64,000 nucleotides of DNA from Blepharisma stoltei ATCC 30299. Its lineage: Eukaryota; Protista; Ciliophora. Of this stretch, positions 59,045 through 64,000 are shown piece after piece. Position 1 is the first letter of the stretch; every line of letters begins with the position of its first letter. The notes under the pieces were generated by a model. It did not search any database and was not told where the DNA came from. It saw only the letters and a list, made by a program, of their open reading frames with translations. A program made the translations under genes and the position numbers. The stretch is from contig CBFDEM010000024.1 of assembly GCA_965603825.1 (NCBI GenBank), positions 62,001 through 126,000 on the forward strand. The letters are read 5' to 3'.

Positions 59045-60547
59045 ATGAAGTCGAGTACATTGTAAGTTTTATATAGCCTTGAAATCCGTACAGTAACATG
59101 GTCAAGAGACACCCATGGGTTATTTGATTACGAGTCTCGCTCAATCACTAAATCGTTTCTAAAAACCGTCACTTCTTGTTCAATTTTCCGTGCCAATCAA
59201 ACTTGTTATACAGTTGCCGATGACACCAAAGATATTCATGAAGGTACAGAGCCGCTTCTCAGCATTCGAAAAAATCCAGGAAGCTTTACAGCCCATCAAT
59301 TCAGTGAGTCACTTAGCGAAAAACTCTGACTTGTGGTGAAATATATGAAAACAAAAGGCATAAAAGGCCATCTCATGCATGAAGGCGACTGATTAAAGCT
59401 TGGAAGGGTCCGCTTTAGAGTCAAAAAAATATCGATAAATAAAGACTCAGTCGACATCCCAGGGTTTCTCGGTTCAATCCCATCCGATGTCGAAAATGTC
59501 AAGCAGGAAGACTCAAACCAAGGAAATAACCAGTGCAGAATTTGCCTCTATGATACAAATACAAAATCAGACCCTCTAATTAACCCATGCAAGTGCTCAG
59601 GGACAATGAAATATGTCCACATAAATTGCCTGAAAGAGTGACTAAAAAATAAGGTGGCAACAAGGCAGTCAGAAAGGGCAATCTCGTATTATTGGAAAGA
59701 CCTATCATGTGAGCTCTGCAAGACAAAACTACCATCAGTCATGAACTTCGAAGGCCAAAAAATAGAGCTAATCAGCATGAGCTACCCTACAAAATCCTAT
59801 ATATTAATTGAAGATTATCGCCCAGACAACAGACAAAGCCACGGTTTGCATGTAGTTTCTCTAGACGAAGGTCAATTTTCCTTAATAGGAAGAGGTCATG
59901 AGTGTGATTTAAAGCTATCAGATATCTCTGTAAGTCGGCACCATGCTCGAATAAAGCTTGTAAATAATCAATTCATTATTGAAGACCAAAATAGCAAATT
60001 TGGAACTTTGCTGCAGTCTAAGAAAACAGTCCCAATTTCGTCTCATCAGGATGTGACAATTCAAGTCAACCGAACTGTCCTGCACTTGTCCTTAAAGGAG
60101 CCTTGGAGCTGTCAGAATTTCTGCAGGATGTGCTTTAGCAAACAAGTGATGCCGACTGAAGAAGTGTCGTATTTAACTCAAGAAGGAGGGAACTATGATG
60201 AGGACCAAGAAGAAGACCAAGAAGATTCAAGGGAATTAGATGAAGGGGAGTCTCAGCTGTTAGAAGCTGGCTCTTCGCTTTTAATTCATGGAGAGTCTGA
60301 CTCTGCTGTGATAGAAGTGATAGAGCAGGTTGAAAGAGAAAGAGAAAATGGACAAATTGTAGATGAAGAGAGAAAAGTGGAAGAGGGAAAAGAAGAAGAG
60401 AAAAGAGAAGAAGAGAGAAAGGATGAGGACAAAAAAGAAGAGGAAAAGCAAGAAGAAGGAAAAGAAGATTTCATTGAACAAATGAGGCTAAATGAGCCCA
60501 AAGAGCAGGAAAATGAAGAAATGGGGCCTCTTTGAAATATATCTTAA
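59045..60547 (+). CDS. FHA + RING-CH (RINGv) domain E3 ligase with acidic tail; one 15-nt intron
   Basis: TWSRDTHGLFDYE; CRIC..PLINPCKCSGTMKYVHINCLKE(TGA=W)L..CELCK; FHA GRGHECD..DISVSRHHA..NSKFGT; intron 59062-59076; TGA 60533 read as Trp, TAA 60545-60547. Confidence 0.9.
59062..59076 (+). other. 15-nt spliceosomal intron
   Basis: GTAAGTTTTATATAG; A at position 10; in-frame TAA. Confidence 0.85.
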
Positions 60548-60682
60548 TTTTAATTATGAAATTATTATTGTATAGTATTATTTATGATATAGCATCACCT
60601 CAGCCCAGATAAAAATATAAATCATTCCGCAACTTACCAAAATTCCATTCTTGAGAATATTAATCTTTAATTCTCTCTATAA

Positions 60683-62965
60683 ATGAAAAAATACGGAGTC
60701 ATCCTTTTATCACCTTTTCTTATCAGCTTATGACTCTCAATATACTATCTTCCTCAAGACAAAATAACAAGATATCATGGGTCCTCCTCCCTCACAGAAA
60801 TCCCTCTAGAATCCAAATCTAATCCCTACGGATTTTCACTAAACTATATTGATATTTATACAGGAAGATCCAAAACATCTCAATATCCACCTTTTCTCTT
60901 TATTCACGGACACAAAGGAAATGCCACTCAAGCTATAGAAATGGCTCAATATTTTGGATTCCATGACCTGGATCTTGATTTTTATTCAATTGACTTTAAA
61001 GGAGGCGCAGTTGCCTTTTCACACAATCTTATGAACGCTGAGGCTCAATTCGTCGTTGACTGTTTAAATGAGCTCTCAATTATGTACGAAAAGAAAATCA
61101 CAATAATTGCTCACTCTATGGGCGGAATAGTAACATCTTTAGCTTTGTCGCTACCAAATGCCCCAGTTGGAAGAATTTCTACAATAATTGCTTTGAGCAC
61201 GCCTTTTGAAGCACATCCAACCAATTTTTATTTAGCTTTTCCTGCAGCCTATGCAAAGGTACATAATTTTTGGCTTGACCCAAAGCATGAAGAGATTTTT
61301 ATCCTTTCTGCGACTGGAGGTGTAAAAGATTGAATGATTCCTTCTAGGCTTACAAATATAGAAGAATTAAATGATAAGAATTCGCTTCATGCTTACACGA
61401 CTCAGATTGAAGACCTTCATTTACAAATGAATCATAATGAGCTAGTTTATGGGTCTAAATTTTTAGGAAAATTGAATCAGGCAATTAAAGCAATATTAGA
61501 TAGTGAGCCAAGTGAAATAAAAGAAAACGTCAATAAGATATGGCAAAATAAAGTTAATAAGCTGCTGAACTATATAGGACCAAAAACAAAAATAGAAAAA
61601 GTTATAGAAATTATAAAGGTTCCTGATTTAAAGGAAAAGGTCACAAGGGTGATTTCAGGGAAGATTTATTCATTGATTGATGATAACACAGAAGGAATTT
61701 TTTTAATAAGAAGCTCTGAAGAGGTTGATCTATTTATTGATTTTGATGGAATTTACCAATTAGAAGCTGAAGCTTTTAAACTGAATAATCAATACTATTA
61801 CAAAATAAATAGCCCTCCAGACTCCACGTCAATGATCCAATCAAGAGAAAATGCATGGATTTCCTATGAGTTTTACAGCAAGAATCCAGAAGAACTGAGC
61901 TTTTCTGAGGCCTTCCTATTTGGAATTGACTACAAAATAAAAGGCTCAGACTCTGTAGCTACTCACATTACCCCAGGTCTTGATTTTTCTCAAGGGAGAT
62001 ATCCAATAAGGATCAAAAGTAAAAATGATGAAAAATTCTCAGTTATTTATGGTAAATGCGGAATTGAAGAAATTGTGAAATACAACGAAAACGATTTTAC
62101 CTTCTATTTTAATGAATATTGTGCTGATGGGCCTGATATCTGAATTCTTGGCTATGATCCTGAAAAAGTTTATGAATTCGAAATTAGCATTGATTTTATA
62201 GGAATGTTTATCATGCTTTCGAAAGAGTTCCGACTGACTGTTGTTAGTATGGCTGCTAGTATTGGCATTATATTAACATTTCCCTCAAAATTAAGATGGA
62301 TTCTTCTAGCAAGTATTGCAGGATTATTGTATTTGGCTAGCTGCACTTTAAGAGTTTATGGATTTTTAGGGTGGGATCACGTGCACAATCCACATCAGCA
62401 TTTAGGAATAATTGATGTTGCTTTCATTATGGCAACTGGATATGGAATAGCAATAATTATGGCATTCAACTATGTCACTTTAATTGATTTTTCTTATTTT
62501 GTCTGCAAAAAAGTGCCTCAGAAACATCTCTTAAAGTCCTATTATCTTGCAGTACTCATCCTTATTTTCCCTTGAATTACAGTTTTAATCTTGACAGTTA
62601 TATGTTTTGCTTTAAATAAATCAAAGTCTGTAACTAAAGGAATTCTTTTCCCAAGCTTCTTATTATTATTCCTTACTATTTCTCAGCAAATCAGCTGATA
62701 CCTAAACCTTGTGACTTTTTCTTACGTAGAAATTTTAAACCTATATGATGGATTCAATATCCTTTGCTATTTATCTCTACTTTTTGCTATAACTTACACA
62801 AATAAAACAATTAAGCCACATAAGGCAGACGTTTTAATAGCGTTTTATATGGCGTGCTGTGGACAAGATCTATTATACAGAACAAACTTCTCCTTAAGTC
62901 TGCACTGTTTAGGACTTGGCTTAAGAATTTACCTGTCGAAGACAAAAGAAAGAGAGGAAGATTAA
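60683..62965 (+). CDS. PGAP1: GPI inositol-deacylase-like alpha/beta hydrolase with C-terminal TM helices
   Basis: One frame with TGA=Trp; N-terminal TM, FLFIHGHKG, FYSIDF, IAHSMGG lipase Ser motif, LSTPF, GGVKDWMIP, multi-TM tail. Confidence 0.82.
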
Positions 62966-63009
62966 TTTAATTTAAATGAAATTAAATCAATAAATAAGTA
63001 ATAAAAATT

Positions 63010-63163
63010 AGCTGTTAGCACGAGAGCTTCCATGGCAGTCCCACCCAATTACTAGCCCCATGGCAGTCCCACCAAATTACTAGCCCCATGGCAGTCCCAC
63101 CCAATTACTAGCCTCACTTTATACCGTTTAATCTCAGAGTTCAGATGGGATCTGGCACTTTAG
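63010..63163 (-). pseudogene. 5S rRNA pseudogene, 5'-truncated, with internal triplication
   Basis: Minus strand CCAGATCCCATCTGAACTCTGAGATTAAACGG..GAGGCTAGTAATTGGGTGGGACTGCCATGGAAGCTCTCGTGCTAACAGCT follows the eukaryotic 5S consensus; first ~20 nt missing. Confidence 0.85.
63030..63113. repeat. Tandem repeat, 3 x 28 bp
   Basis: CCATGGCAGTCCCACC(C/A)AATTACTAGCC at 63030, 63058 and 63086; one mismatch in copy 2. Confidence 0.95.
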
Positions 63164-63244
63164 ATTTTAATCCATTTTTTATAAATACTATCTAATTAAA
63201 TATTTAATTAACACTTAATTTAATCATATACATTACTAACTAAA

Positions 63245-64000
63245 TTAGGTAGGTCTGGTTTCTTTCAATGCTAATGAAGAAGCACTTGCTAGCACAAATC
63301 CAACAAGCGACAGCCAAAGTGCTCCAATTGGCCCTGTTGAGTTAATAAGATAGCCTATCACAATAGGGGCAATAATCCCTGCCACCTTTGAAGTGCCCAT
63401 AAGCCATCCTGTCGATAAGCACCTTATGTGCGTATTAAAACTCTCAGGAGTTGCTGCACTTAACGTCGCGAAACCGACGTTGCTCATCATATTGTTGATC
63501 CCTGACATAATCAAAATGATCCAAAACCCTGAGGAATACATGATTGGGAATAAAGTGATAGCTGTAAATAAAAATCCCAAAGCTATTGTGTAAACTCTTC
63601 CGAAAACTGTGTCCATCAGTTCATATGAAATGACCATCCCTGGCATACTGCAGCAACTTTGGAACAAAATTACGATATATATTTGATGCTCAGAAATGTT
63701 TGGCAGCAATTCTGGCATAAAATATGTGAGACTGGTAGTTGCAATTGAAGAAAAAATGTAAATTGCTGAGAGAAAAATGGTTGCTCTTTTGTTGTGATGA
63801 TTGAATAGCTCTTTTAAAGTAGGAGGCTTGTCAGTGACTTCTTCTGAGCTAATTGAATTCTCAAGCATTGGAGTGTCCATCACATTATCGCAATCTGACT
63901 TCCCATTGATCTGGGCGATGTGAAATAATACAGTGGCCAGTTTTTTATCCTCGTAATGATCACAGAGATACATTGGAGTCTCCATGAGATAGATCCTCAT
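63245..64000 (-). CDS. MFS transporter (SV2/SVOP-like), C-terminal half; 5' end lies outside the window
   Basis: LMETP, MDTVFGRV, TPESFNTHIRCLSTG, six TM segments, LKET. Confidence 0.85.
   Translation of the reverse strand: MRIYLMETPMYLCDHYEDKKLATVLFHIAQINGKSDCDNVMDTPMLENSISSEEVTDKPPTLKELFNHHNKRATIFLSAIYIFSSIATTSLTYFMPELLPNISEHQIYIVILFQSCCSMPGMVISYELMDTVFGRVYTIALGFLFTAITLFPIMYSSGFWIILIMSGINNMMSNVGFATLSAATPESFNTHIRCLSTGWLMGTSKVAGIIAPIVIGYLINSTGPIGALWLSLVGFVLASASSLALKETRPT

Noticed and set aside
636-62965. In-frame TGA as selenocysteine or as mass pseudogenisation
   Set aside because: TGA aligns to conserved Trp rather than Cys, frames stay open, and I saw no SECIS-like element
63030-63113. 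28 bp repeats as a mini CRISPR array
   Set aside because: Units are head-to-tail with no spacers, derive from 5S rRNA, and the context is eukaryotic with no cas genes
1-64000. Telomeric CCCTAACA repeats or transposase/reverse-transcriptase ORFs
   Set aside because: None seen on either strand by eye

Overview
AT-rich, extremely gene-dense eukaryotic DNA that behaves like the somatic (macronuclear) genome of a heterotrich ciliate, most likely Blepharisma. Evidence: in-frame TGA repeatedly falls at invariant Trp positions while genes end in TAA or TAG; eight GT..AG introns are all exactly 15 nt with A at position 10; and a 5S pseudogene resembles Blepharisma 5S as I recall it. The supplied ORF track is therefore fragmented. 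Re-read with UGA=Trp, the window holds about 35 protein genes, tRNA-Thr(AGT), a frameshifted centrin pseudogene, a frameshifted C2H2 locus and a 5S rRNA pseudogene with an internal 3x28 bp repeat. Best leads: (1) a cNMP-binding + DUF6909/nucleosidase-fold + phosphopantothenate-cysteine ligase triple fusion; (2) a 570 bp insert between near-identical TA-starting 13 bp direct repeats that splits the C-terminus of a double Venus-flytrap multi-TM receptor; (3) a WD40-TRP-like channel; (4) a ~2950 aa malectin/LamG/Cys-rich multi-TM receptor; (5) several apparent pseudoenzymes (MsrB, two kinases, Rab, rhodanese). All family assignments come from motif recognition by eye; no database searches were run.
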